64,000 nucleotides of DNA, from the NCBI RefSeq assembly GCF_902459465.1, contig NC_047078.1, forward strand, positions 9,486,001 through 9,550,000, in the 5' to 3' direction. The notes under the pieces are model-generated. The model made no database searches and was not told the DNA's origin. It saw nothing but the letters and a program-made list of their open reading frames with translations. Origin of the DNA: Asterias rubens (taxonomy: Eukaryota). The position numbers and the translations under genes were made by a program. Shown here piece after piece: positions 23,001 through 34,349 of this stretch (positions are counted from its first letter, which is position 1; each line of letters begins with the position of its first letter).

Positions 23001-26000
23001 CAGGTCCCTTTAACATTGGACAGCAGCCCTGAGCCCAGTGATTTGAGCGCTGGACCAGTAAACTTTTGACTGTGCAAGTCCAGCTGTCTTTTAAATAATA
23101 ACACCTCAATGCATTTTTAATTTAAACTGATCAATACAAGTATCTTTCATTTCTGTTGAGTATTGAAGTTATTATTACCCATAAGAAAAGTAGTATAAAT
23201 CAACCTTCTGCCCTGCAGTCTTGTGTATGTTTTCCACTAAATTTTGAGTAGCCCTGGTAGTGGTAAGAATTATGTTGTCGGTAAATTTGTTATTTTTAAC
23301 AAATCCTATATTATTTTCTATCCTAGATGTTACTGGACCACACTGATTTTCTAGTAGTTGGCGTATTGGGGTTACAAGGTAGTGGGAAGTCCACTCTGAT
23401 GTCCATACTGGCTGGAAATAGTGTCAGTGACAATAAAAGGTACGTCTCTTAAATGTTCATTGTTATATTAATTACCGTACATACAAAGTCTCTGCCACGA
23501 CACGCCACCAGAACATGCTAAAACACAAACAAAACAGCAAGGTACATGTAGTGCCCACATTAGGCCGTGTCTGAAACAACTACTGCGGCTACAGCTACTG
23601 CTAGATAGTGCTCGTCTGCCTACTCTTCAACACTAACAGGCGTGCTACTAATCTACAAATCCCAGCCATATCTCGTTTCCCTTCCCCCCCCCCACCCTGC
23701 CCCCTTTCAATGCTGGTTCTCATTGCACGGATTGCATTGCACGGACTGCACAGTATTCTGTGTTCCGGTCAATGTTGAACGGAGGACTGTAGAGAGAATG
23801 TTTCTTGTCAGGGGAAAGTGGACATGGAGTGGTTTTATGTAACGTTTGAAACGGTTGGCCCAAGCAGTTTGGCCGGGATTGTTGCTGTAGCTGTAGCTGA
23901 AGTCACCGTTACAGACATGGCCTTTGACTCTTTTGAAATGTTTTCATTTAATTTCCAGTCCCTATATCTTCAAGCCACAAACTAGAGAGATCAGGAACCA
24001 GTCTATGCACCAGACTACTGGTATTGACTTCTATGTTACCAATGAAAGAGTAATGATTCTGGATACGCAACCGGTACTCAGCTCTTCAGTAATGGACAGC
24101 TTAATGAGCCATGAGAAGAGTCTGCCGCCAGACGTGACATCGGCTGAAAACTGCAATGAAATACAGGTAACTACACAAATTATTTAAAGGCACTGCTGCC
24201 GATTTCACGAAACACTATCTCCAGTTAGGATGAGTACTTTGTCCTAACTTAGGATGGGTTCAATGCATCCTAGGGTCTATGGATTTTGAACCAAATTTGT
24301 CCCAAGTCCTAAGATTAATCCAAAGCTAGGAAGAGTTTGAAAAATCAACGGCTGGACACCTTTGGTAAATTGTCAAAGACCAGTATTCTCACTTTGTGTA
24401 TCCCACCATATGCATAAAATAACAAACCTGTGAAAATTTTGATTCAATTGGTCGATGAAGTTGCAAGAAAATAATGAAAGAAAAAAAACGCCCTTGTTGC
24501 ACAAATTTGTGTGCTTTCAGATAACTGTAATAACAACAGTCAGGTCTGAAGCCTGTATGCTTCGTTTTTGAAGGGACAAGGGCACCAAGGCATTTCTCCT
24601 TGGTAAAGGGAATTAGGAAATTGTAAATTTCTGCTGGAGCATCTCAAGGGCACTAAAGGCAATGACAATGGAGCAGGGAGGCAATCCCCTTTATTGCCTA
24701 CGTGAAGTATCAGGCCAACCATAGTGATTGCTTGTATTCAACAAATTCAACACCTTTTTTGAATAATAGTTTATTGTGTAATATTGTTACAAACTGTGGC
24801 TATTTGTTTTTGCTTTACGTTAATGACTTTGTGAGAATACTGGTCTTTGACAATTACCAAAGGTGTCCAGTGCCTTTGATGCAAGAAAAATATCAATGTA
24901 GGATTCAAATAGTAAAAAAAAATACATGACTTCTGCTACAATTATATTCCTCATGTCTTTATTTTGCAGTCTCTTCAGCTTGCCTCATTTCTTTTGACGG
25001 TGTGTCACGTCGTCCTCATTGTTCAAGATTGGTTTCTGGACATTAATCTGGTAGAGTTCCTCAAACGAGCTGAAATGTTGAAACCCCCTACTCCTAGCCC
25101 TAGCCCAGCATTGGAAGGTTCCAATAACGAGGAAACAGAAGACTTCTTCCCAAATGTTGGTAGGTACCTTTGTTTAACAGGGGTGTATCACAATAGAAGG
25201 ATTGTTTGGTTGAAATAGGTTGGTACTTTTCACTTTAATTGTTCTGGATATGTATTGCACCGTTCTGCTGGACCGCCAGAACGTTCCATATGAACCAACG
25301 AAATTGCCCGATAGCTAGATGCAGTTTGAATTAGGAGACAGTTCAAATAAGGATTCAAACTGCCTCTAGCTGCCAGACAATCTTGGTGGTCTAGTTGGTT
25401 AGACACTGCTCTAGAATTGCAAAGGTCGTGGGGGTCGAATCCCACTCAAAAAATAAAAGACGCATGTAATCTTGTTCAAAGACCTGGGGAAAGTAGTTAG
25501 TATATTGTATTTACATACATTGATGTAAGGGTAAAACAAAATTAATAGGATTTATATGGTTGAAGTCCTTCTAAGGGATATGGTGGTAAGATGCCTTGTA
25601 CTTAATAAGTTCCTACTTTGTTTTTTTTATTGCATCAGTGTTTGTGTTGAACAAAGCAAGGCAAGAAGACTTCCAAGTGACAGCTGTTCAGTCAATGCAG
25701 GAAAGTATAGCCAAACTCTTCAAAGATTCAAAACTTACTCTCCAAGGTATGGTTCTATCAAATCTGGGCCCAATTTCAAAGAGCTGCTTTTGCTTAAACA
25801 ATTTTTGTTATTAAGCAAAAATAAGCAGGATACTAGCCACAGATAACGCATGTGAGATTGTAAACTTATTCTGATAAGCATAATTTTGTTGTGCTTAGCT
25901 ACTTTGTTGTGCTTAAAGGGAAGGTACACTATTGGTAATTGTCAAAGACCAGTGTTCTCACTTGGTTTATCTCAACATATGCATAAAATAACAAACCTGT

Positions 26001-28949
26001 GAACATTTTAGCTCAATTGGTCATCGGAGTTGGGAGAAAATGAAGAAAGAAAAAACACCCTTGTTGAACGCATTTGTGTGCTTTCAGATAGGAATAATAG
26101 GCTTCTAGCTAGAAGTCTTTTATTATTTTAGTGAGAAATTACCTCTATTTCAAAATCTATGCTACTTCAGAGGGAGCCGTTTCTCACAATGTTTTTTGCT
26201 ATCAACAGCTCTCCATTGCTCGTTACCAAGTCAGTTTTTAAGTTAGCATTTGTTTTGAGTAATTACCAAATGTGTACCTTCCCTTTAAGCAGCTCGATGA
26301 AATTGGGCCCTGGTATTTCCCCTCCCCTGATGTGTGACTACCTGTTTGTGTATACAATTTTCATGAGAGATCACCTAGTATCACAAGGCCTCAGACGGCC
26401 ACTTCAAGGTGAAGGCTACCCCAGGGGCATGTTGCCACCTACTCCTAGGGCTGAAACAGGGTTACCTTCTTCACAGTCCAAAGGATGTAGGCATGGGTGT
26501 CACCCACTAGGAGCCGGGTTTGTAGAGCATGATGCACTACCTTACAATGTTTTACGAAGCAATTATGATTAGGAACACTTATCACGGTAAACTAGGGGTT
26601 AACCCAAGTGTTTCTGGTTCACACGGCAAGCACCTTTGCTTACAAGTTTCCTCGGGCTTGCGAGCTGCAGTAATTAAGTTCACTTATGAGGCATCCTTAA
26701 GCTCGGTTCATACTTCCTGGGAATGCGAAGCGAACGTTGACGTCACAAATTCGCAACAAAAAATTCGCAGCAGTTCAACTCTGCCCAACTCACTTGCAAA
26801 TATCGCTACGAAGGGAGGGCTGTGACGTCAATTTCATGTCAAATTCGCATGAAGTATGAACAGGGCTTTAGTTTTATTACCAGAAATAACTTAACAATCA
26901 ACAATTCTTCTGATGTTGTCAAATGTAGGAACGGCCTCAGTAGCTCACACAAAGCTCCTACCAGGTCTAAACAGAAAGAATCTACCACTGGATGTGAATT
27001 TGTTTGTGCTACCAAGATTTGATAGGACACCTGCAGAGAACTCGTCATCGGAAGGTAAGGGTGTTGCCAAAACTAAAGGTTTCTCCAACCTATTCTCTTT
27101 AAAGGGTGAATGTACTTTTTGTAGGACAAAAACACAATGTCCACAGATTTACACTAAACTTACACAGTTTGAAGATAATGATAGTAGAAAGCTTCCCTGA
27201 AAATATTACGTGCTGAGGTGCTGTAGTGTTTGAGAAATGAGTAAAACAATGTCATGAAAATTATTTTAAGCATTTACGAACATATTTTCATGACATTGTT
27301 TTACTCATTTCTCAAAAACTACAGCACCTCAGTAAGTAATTTTTGAAAGGAAGCTTTCCACTATCATTATCTTCAAACCCTGTAAGTTTAATGTAAATCT
27401 ATGGACATTTTGAAAGAGTACCCAAATCCTTTAATTATCATAAGAAGAATCGGTCATTATCGGGACTAAGGAAGGATTTTAAACTTTCCATGGTGGTAGT
27501 ATAACTAGGTGGGGTTTGCAGTTAGCACAATTCGTATATCTCTTTTGAGTAGTGTTGGTTCTTACCTCTTTTGGTAATAAACCAGCCCCGCTCATTGTCT
27601 CCCTCTTCATTGTTCATCCATTGTTTTTTTTCTGTGTGCTTTCTGCTTCTCTCTCTGCTTGTTTTTGACTACTTCTGTTACAACAATATGTGTGTGGTAT
27701 TTTGTCATCCAGCTTTCAATGAAGACGAAATGTTTGAGTCGAAATGTCAGAGCATTAACCATTTTTAGCAAATTCAAATATTCTCTTGGATAATTTCATT
27801 CTGTCAGCTTGTTGCCATGGGGGACTTTGGGGAACGCTAGGTGGCAGCAGACTTAAGGCCGATTCACACTACAGCGATAACGAAAACGATAACGATCACG
27901 AAGCAAAGAGAACGCATACTATTGGTTGAATTGCTCCAGGCAGAATAAGCACACGCTCATTCAACCAATACAATGCGTTCCCTTTGCGTCGTGATCATTA
28001 TCGTTTTCGTTATCGCTGCAGTGTGACTTGGCCTTTACCAGGTAAAATCCATTGTTCGCAGTATTGTGCGCATGCTCAAAACTACGTGAACAGTGGCTAG
28101 TTACCTGGTAAGTCTGTTGCCACCTACCGTTCCAAAGTCCCCCATTCGAAGCAGGAGTGGATGTAATTTGTTTTAGCATTGTAAATTTGTGTCAAATAAA
28201 TTTGTATTAATGCTTGCTATTCCAGACCATTCTATTCTGCTGAGTCTGTTACCAGTCTCCTATCAAGGCCATCCAAGTGTAGAACTCTTAACCAAGGCAT
28301 TCCGGAACCAGATTTATGGAGCTGCTCGAACGTCTCTGACACACACTTCACTCACAGAAAAGAACTGGTGAGTAGTAGGAGTGCAGTTGACACAGGATGT
28401 TTAGGGCCAATGATTTTTCGCAATCGCGAAAAACGGACAGAATTTGCAAAATCTTCCCTTTGAAACGGTAAAATGGATTTCAGTTCATGTTTTGTTGCAG
28501 CGATCAGTCAGTGAGCCTTTGCGTTAAATTAAAAACAATTGCCAACTCCGGAACTGAATTGGCCGTTGATTAAAAAAAAAGATTACTATCTGAATCTGGA
28601 CTGTTTTCGTTAAAAGTTTTTTCCTGCACAATTAACATTTACAACCCTTAAATCTATTACAGAAAAGGAATTGATTGTGTCTGAAACAGAATTCATGTTT
28701 TTTTTTACGGAATTTGCACTTTTCTGAATCAGAAAATCATTGGCCCTAGGTGTTATTTTCCAAATATTTTGACTTCTAGAATAAAGTTGCTGTGCAAAGG
28801 TTGACGAAAAAATAACATTAATAAATTATTCATCATGCAAAGTAAACATTATCGATTCTTCTTATCACAGGTTCCATTATGCAGCACGGACCTGGGAGGC
28901 AATAAAGAAATCCAGCCTTATGTCAGAGTTCAACAGACTTCTGACCTGA
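20089..28949 (+). CDS. SMG9: Nonsense-mediated mRNA decay factor SMG9, about 525 aa, 11 coding exons
   Basis: Exons 20089-20181, 20880(or 20886)-20969, 21253-21586, 22397-22491, 23327-23439, 23959-24166, 24970-25159, 25639-25746, 26929-27054, 28226-28367, 28871-28949; GT-AG, phases consistent, 1578 nt. Diagnostic SMG9 blocks: MKQSVKLVDDNLQWCD, LLDHTDFLVVGVLGLQGSGKS (P-loop), QTTGIDFYVTNERVMILDTQP, SLQLASFLLTVCHVVLIVQDWF, GHPS...LTEKNWFHYAARTWEAIKKSSLMSEFNRLL. Confidence 0.95.
20383..20530. mobile_element. Palindromic MITE family E (arms GGAACGCTAGGTGGCAGCAGACTTACCAGGTA / reverse complement)
   Basis: Near-perfect inverted arms. Further copies at 27817-28146 (with nested insertion) and 49854-49982, degenerate at about 41130-41190, single arms at 50604-50645 and 51385-51428. 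Confidence 0.75.
21049..21222 (+). mobile_element. tRNA-derived repeat family G (diverged copy)
   Basis: actgcctctagct...gtctagttggtaagacactgctctagaat...gggttcaattccca...ggaaagtactgagtat; same family as 25345-25540, 30620-30860, 34350-34632, 38530-39030 and 56740-56890. Confidence 0.7.
22520..22830 (-). mobile_element. LINE (L2/CR1-group) 3' fragment, degenerate ORF2 C-terminus
   Basis: Minus translation PRTTRPGLRFTSNMLLVPRSRLASYGDRGFSIGP...HSL resembles the conserved LRS..LL.VPR.R....G.RAFS..AP..WNSLP tail of L2/CR1-clade reverse-transcriptase ORFs. Confidence 0.65.
23563..23922. mobile_element. MITE family J (TIR GGCCGTGTCCGAAACG.CGACTTCGGCTACAG)
   Basis: Inverted termini ggccgtgtctgaaac...acagacatggcc. 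A shorter, near-perfect palindromic copy lies at 46821-46949. Confidence 0.65.
24184..24879. mobile_element. Family A MITE with two nested insertions (family C at 24196-24351 with CTG TSD; family D at about 24541-24716)
   Basis: TTAAAGGCA-CTG-[C element]-CTG-GACACC. The D element (GTATGCTTCGTTTTTGAA...GTGAAGTATCAGGCC) recurs at 33820-33987. Confidence 0.78.
25767..26309. mobile_element. Family B MITE with nested family A variant (TIR AGGGAAGGTACAC) at 25913-26288
   Basis: ctg-ggcccaattt...gtgc-TTAA-agggaaggtacac...gtgtaccttccct-TTAA-gcagctc...aattgggcc-ctg. Confidence 0.82.
26700..26869. mobile_element. Palindromic MITE with TTA TSD (TIR AGCTCGGTTCATACTTC...GAAGTATGAACAGGGCT)
   Basis: Inverted termini, TTA on both sides and two internal TGACGTCA sites. 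Confidence 0.6.
27099..27420. mobile_element. TTAA-type MITE, second subfamily (TTAAAGGGTGAATGTAC...CACAGATTTACA)
   Basis: TTAAAGG start and internal inverted segment atttcttctcaaaaactacagcacctc; a related start lies at 63824-64000. Confidence 0.5.
27817..28146. mobile_element. Family E palindromic MITE with nested family F element (27856-28034, TTA TSD, TIR AGGCC...GGCCT)
   Basis: gac-TTA-aggccgattcacactacagcgataacg...cgttatcgctgcagtgtgacttggcct-TTA-ccagg. Another F copy lies at about 59465-59652. Confidence 0.78.
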
Positions 28950-29635
28950 GCATTCCCTTCCCAGGTGGTAATACAGACCATTGCTGTTGATTCTCCAGGA
29001 GGTAACTGACTGCAGTTCAAAAGTCGGATGTGAGTTGGATGTGAGTTGAGAATTTCTTTGTCCAAAGAATGTTTGATGAATATTTGGAGTATTGGTAAAC
29101 ACTCTTTCGCAGAAAAGGCAACTTGTATAACATTTGAAATGGTTGAGAGGAAGTTGAATAGAATTACAGCCTAGGGCAAGTTTGAGTGCGCACATTTAGT
29201 CGACTACTAACCAGTAATGTACATGCGCAGTGATGACTCACTCAAACGACTCGTTTGGAAGCCTAGTCAACCTTTGGTACCACGGTATTCAACACTCCAT
29301 TGCCTTCTGCGTTTTCGCTATAGTGTCACTGCTTCCATATTGCGCTCTACACATGTTAGCATGGAACAGGCAATTGGGACCACGGAGGAAACCATGGTCC
29401 TGAGGCTGGTCGCAAATGGTCGACCACAGCAGTCAACCAAATGTCGACCAGCCTGGGTCCGAGTCAAAATAGTCAACTTTTAGTTAACCATGGTGCACAC
29501 TCAAACTTGCTCCTAGCAAGAGGGATGTTAAACATGTTAAAGTGGCTCTGAACAAAATGCAACTTCAGCAAATGGTGTTTACAGCAACAAGAATTTTCAG
29601 CTTCACACAGGTTCTTGGTAGCCACATTAGTGGAC

Positions 29636-29965
29636 AAACACCTGGATGTAGAGAAGCAAGTTATGGTTAAATGTCGTTCCATGGACCCAAGCACTGTGAT
29701 TAGCATCCAAACTATGAAAAAAAATGGGGATAAAGTAAATATATCTTAACCCCATCAGATACTCATTTAAACACCTGGATGTAGAGAAGCAAGTTATGGT
29801 TAAACGACGTTCCATGAATCCAAGCACTGTGATTAGCATCCAAACTATGATAAAAAATGGGGGTAAAGTAAATACATCTCAACCCCATCAGATACTCTTT
29901 TAAACATCTAGATGTAGAGAAGCAAGTTATGGTTAAAAGTCGTTCTGTTGACCCGAGCACTTTGA
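29636..29965 (+). repeat. Tandem repeat, about 133-bp unit x 2.5, in the probable SMG9 3'UTR
   Basis: aaacacctggatgtagagaagcaagttatggttaaa at 29636, 29769 and 29902. The first AATAAA I see after the SMG9 stop is at 30065. Confidence 0.8.
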
Positions 29966-30084
29966 ATAGCATTACATAGGGACCATAACTCTCAAGCACT
30001 TGGGAACCTGTGCTTTGTAGAGTTCAGGGCAAGAGCCCGCTATTCTGACACCAAAAACGATGCTAATAAAATTGTCAACAGATC

Positions 30085-30358
30085 TTAAAGGGAATGCATC
30101 TGATTGGTAATCACTCTTAAAATCAGTGGCGGTAAAAACTTTCTTGGTTAGAAGAATAGCAACTTTCGATAGTATAAAGCATTTTGAGAATCATTTCACA
30201 TATATGTACTTTTTCAAAATGTGTATTCCAATTATCTCAAAAAATGTTAGCAACATTTGAAATGAACATTTCAAAGGTTCATTGTATACATTTACATTTA
30301 TATAGGATTAAAAAAAACCAGTGGTTTAAAAATAAGCAAAGGTAGACTTTCCCTTTAA
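30085..30358. mobile_element. TTAA-flanked MITE, diverged family A relative
   Basis: TTAA-agggaatgcatc ... gtagactttccct-TTAA. Confidence 0.55.
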
Positions 30359-30619
30359 AAAGTTGAAATTAAAAAGAATTTGGGTTAAGATTTTGTGCAA
30401 TCTTCATCCTTATGTTGTCAAGTTTTGTTCTTCAAATGTTGCACTTTACAAATCTGAAGTGTTTTCTTTTAAATTGCGAGAACGAAATGCAAAAAGTAAA
30501 TTGATTACTTGATGTTCTTAAATCTTGTTGAATATTAAACTCGAACGTTATTTCATGTGTGGTACACATTGTCGTTTTATTGCTGTTTGTGTTCAGAGTA
30601 GTAGAGGTCAAACATTTTT

Positions 30620-30860
30620 TTAAATTAATATTCTTTATCCCCGATGCAAATTTAACATCTCTTATATCGTTGCGGTACCCGCTGCTAAAACATAGGATTC
30701 GAACTGCCTCTAGCTACCGGGCAACCTCGGTAGTCTAGCTGGTAAGACACTGCTCCAGAGTTGCAAGGGTCGTGGGTTTGAATCCCACCCGAGTAACATG
30801 CATGTGATCTTTTTTTTCACAGAACTCTGGGAAAGTATTGAGTATACAGTGCTAACACAC
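30620..30860 (+). mobile_element. tRNA-derived repeat family G (tail-before-head arrangement)
   Basis: Box A TAGTCTAGCTGG, box B GGTTTGAATCC and T-stem GTGGG/CCCAC, preceded by its own tail sequence AATATTCTTTATCCCCGATGCAAATTTAACATCT. Confidence 0.75.
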
Positions 30861-30884
30861 ATTTATTATTATTATTATTAATTG

Positions 30885-31435
30885 GTACTGTTGTCTCTAA
30901 AATAACAGTCGTTTTAATGTTAATTCCCTAGTTTGGGTACTCCTACAGTTATAGCAAACTAATAATTAAGTTGATGAGATGGTTTTGTTGGTTTGGTACA
31001 CCATTCAAAACTAAATAGATTTGTAAAATGCAGTTATTTGCGTTATCTCAAAAATAATCCCTCAGTTCCATGTTAATTCCATAGTTTGGGTTTCCCATAC
31101 AGTTATAGCAAACTATAAGTGAGCAGATAATATGGTTTAGTTGGCTGGAACATCATTCAAAGCCAAATTGAATTTGTAAAATGAAGTAATTAGTGTTGTT
31201 TTCTCTAAAATAACAGTCGATTTAAAGTTAATTCCCTAGTTTGGGTACTCCTTCAGTTATAGCAAACTAATCATAAGTTGATGAGATGGTTTTGTTGGTT
31301 TGGAACACCATTCAAAAACTAAATAGATTTGTAACAAAGCAGTTATTAGTGTTGTTGTCTCTAACAGTCGATTTCATATTAGTTCTCTTACATTTAGAGA
31401 AAACTAATCATTAAGCTGATAAGATGGTTTTGTTT
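30885..31435 (+). repeat. Tandem repeat, about 155-bp unit x 3.6
   Basis: Recurring gtttgggtactcc..cagttatagcaaacta...gatggttttgttggtttgg.acaccattcaaa at about 155-bp spacing. Confidence 0.75.
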
Positions 31436-31785
31436 AAATGTATTGACATTAAAACGTGTTGTTTTGCTTTTTCTCGGGTACTAATTGACAAAATGGTGTT
31501 TCAAAATACAGTTTGGTGACCTCTAAGTTAATTATAAAGTGCTGACAAGGAGCCCGATGAATTACTTTTTATAAAAAAGACGGGAGTTTAAAATGAAAAC
31601 AAAAACGCCCTTATTATTAGCCATAAATATGTGATTATATTCTAAGGTCATACGGTTATGTTTGCTTTTACCAAGAAACGGATGTCATCCAGATGTACTT
31701 AAAGTCATTAATCTGAACGAGAATCTTGTCATGTGATCCCTTCATGACGTCATAACAGCCACTGAGTAATTTCACTGAATACCAT

Positions 31786-32842
31786 TTAAAGGCACTGGAC
31801 ACTATTGGTAATCACTCAAAATAACTCTGTAGTGACTTGACAATCTAGACAGCTCTGGAGTGGCTATGGCCAGTTTGCCAAAAAAATGTTGAATTTGGTC
31901 ACAATTTCTTTTAAGGGCAGTGGACACTATTGGTAATTACTCAAAATAATTGTTAGCATAAAAACTTACTTGGTAACGAGTAATGGGGAGCTGACAGTAT
32001 AAAACATTGTGAGAAACGGCTCCCTCTGAAGTAAGTCGGGGATATTTCTCACTAATTGAATATTAGGTAAACAAGTCAGTTTTTAAAGGCACTGGTCCCC
32101 TTTGGCAATTGTCAAAGGCCAGTCTTCTCACTTGGTGTATTTCAGCATTTAAATAACTCAATTGGTCGTCGAAGTTGCGAGAGAACAATGTAGGAAAAAA
32201 CACCCTCGTCGCAAAGGTGCTTTCAGATGTTTGAATTCGAGACGTCAGCTGAGGCCTCGAATTCAATTCATTATATTTTAGAGAGAAATTATACTTCTTT
32301 CTCAAAAACTGCGTTACTTCAGAGAGAGCTGTTTCTCACAATGTTTTATACTATCAACAGCTCTCCTTTGCTCGGTACCAAGTACCTTTGTAATGCTAAC
32401 CATTATTTCGAGTAACTACCAATAGTGTCCAGTGCCTTTTTGGTCATTAATTTTTTGAGTGATACCTTCCCTTTAAAGGCAGTGGACACTATTGGTAATT
32501 GTCAAAGACTAGCCTTTACGGTTGGTGCATCTCAACACAAACATAAAATAATAAACCTGTGAAAATTTGAGCTCAATCGGTCATTAAACTTGCGAGATAA
32601 TAATGAAAGAAAAAACACCCTTGTCAAACGAAGTTGTGTGAGCTTAGATGGTTGATTCGTGAAAATTACTTCTTTCTTGAAAACTAAGGCACTTCATTCA
32701 TTTCATTTCAATACATTTATTTCAGAGGGAGCCGTTTCTCACAATGTTTTATACCATCAACCTCTTCCATTACTCGTCACCAAAAAAGGTTTTATGCTAA
32801 TAAATATTTTGAGTAATTACCAATAGTGTCCACTGCCTTTAA
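31786..32842. mobile_element. Stack of family A MITEs (partial, nested and abutting copies; complete copy about 32473-32842)
   Basis: TIR starts at 31786, 31911, 32085 and 32473. At 32463-32480 a right TIR (taccttccct) and a left TIR (aggcagtggac) share one TTAA. Confidence 0.75.
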
Positions 32843-34084
32843 AGCTATGAAATGCAAAGCAACCAATCAAACCTCGCCATTATAATCACATGTCGTAAAA
32901 CACGCTCCAAGGCGGCTGCATAAAAGCAATGTATTAAAACAGTCCCTTTTTCTTGACACATTTTTAGACTCGAGACGAATTGCGCTCAAGAACAGCAATT
33001 ACTTATTTATGCAAAATGACCGTATACGAATCATGCCTTGGCGCTGTTTTGCAGGCGATGAAAGGGTGGAGTGATGGATACCATATGGATGCATAGGCAC
33101 CGAGAGGGAGATAAGATTATAACTCACACAGATTCAGTGAATTTATAACGAGAGATCGTCTGGGTTTATGAACCCCTTTAGGATATCGAGTTATTCTCAG
33201 ATCATGAGACATACTTTATTAACAGACTCGGACCAATAAATATGTTTTACCATATATTTATATGGGATTTGAGGCATTGCATATAGGTATGGTTTGCGTT
33301 AACACCGTGTGTGTGTCTACTTGCCAGGTAGAGTTTGCTCTTTGAGAACTGTCTTGCTTGATACTACCCCTGAGTGAGTAGTTTTCAGAATTCACGATCA
33401 GGAGACTTCTCAGTTAAAAAAAAAATGTCCTGCTTTTTGGGGGTTAAATACTCACCGTCTTCTAAAACCAAATTTCTTCGAATATTCTCAAAATGCTTTA
33501 CACTATATCGGAATATTCTGTACTTCAAACCAAGTATGTTTTTATTGCCATCAGTTTTAACAGTGCCTACCAAACTTTTAACTAAGTTAACCTTTAAAGC
33601 GCTGACTCGGGGCCATATACAACAGTCATATCTGTTGTAGTTGCATTTTAAATGCCGCGTTCCAATTCCAGAAATATGATAGAATTAGGAGGTGTTGAAC
33701 GACGATACACCAGGGCATGAACCACCCACCCCGACCTCCTTCTCTCCAATTACTTAAATACATTTGCTATTTGTTTTATGAGCGTGTGTGTCTTGCTCAA
33801 TGGTTTTAATCACATCTTGCAGGCATGTATGCTTCGTTTTTGAAAAGACAAGGGCATTTTCTCCTTGGTAAAGGGCACCCTATGAGGAAAATGTAAAGTT
33901 CTACTGGAGCCTTTAAAGGGCACCAAGGCAATGACCAGGGGCATGGAGGCAATCGCCTTCATTGCCTCCGTGAAGTATCATGCCTGATGCTGGGACGCCG
34001 ATATTTTTATTATTATATTAAATAAGTATATCAAGTAATAAACCACAATATATTGGCTAATGATATGGGGAGACCACTAACAGG

Positions 34085-34200
34085 GGATGTATAACTCAGT
34101 TGGTAAAACACAGTCACTGCTAGAACGCCGCTTACGTTAATCCGGAGGTCGTTGGTTCAAGTCTCGCTTCTGTCAAGTTTTCTTTATTCAAACCCCAAAC
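34085..34200 (+). pseudogene. Degenerate tRNA-like/SINE head
   Basis: Box A-like TAACTCAGTTGG and box B-like GGTTCAAGTC, with an interrupted anticodon region and no pairing acceptor stem. Confidence 0.45.
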
Positions 34201-34349
34201 ATTTGTTTATTGAGGAACACTGTTCCCGTAAACTGGTTTCGCTTTTTTATGCCTTTTTTTTCCGGCTCCAGGTGGCTTCGCCCAATGACTCTGTCAAACG
34301 ATGTCACCAAGGCACTTCTCCGTGTAATTAGTTCTTATTAGTTCGTTTA

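Noticed and set aside
26345-26700. GC-richer structured segment in SMG9 intron 8 considered as an HDV-like ribozyme or exon
   Set aside because: A 7-bp P1-like pairing (GCTCCTA/TAGGAGT) exists on the minus strand, but no P3/L3/P1.1 geometry fits. SMG9 is complete without it; likely an unclassified repeat fragment.
30722-30795. tRNA gene (also 34480-34557, 21065, 25375, 56745)
   Set aside because: Good T-arm and boxes, but mismatched anticodon and acceptor stems, no downstream T-run terminator, and shared non-tRNA flanks: a repeat family, not functional tRNAs.
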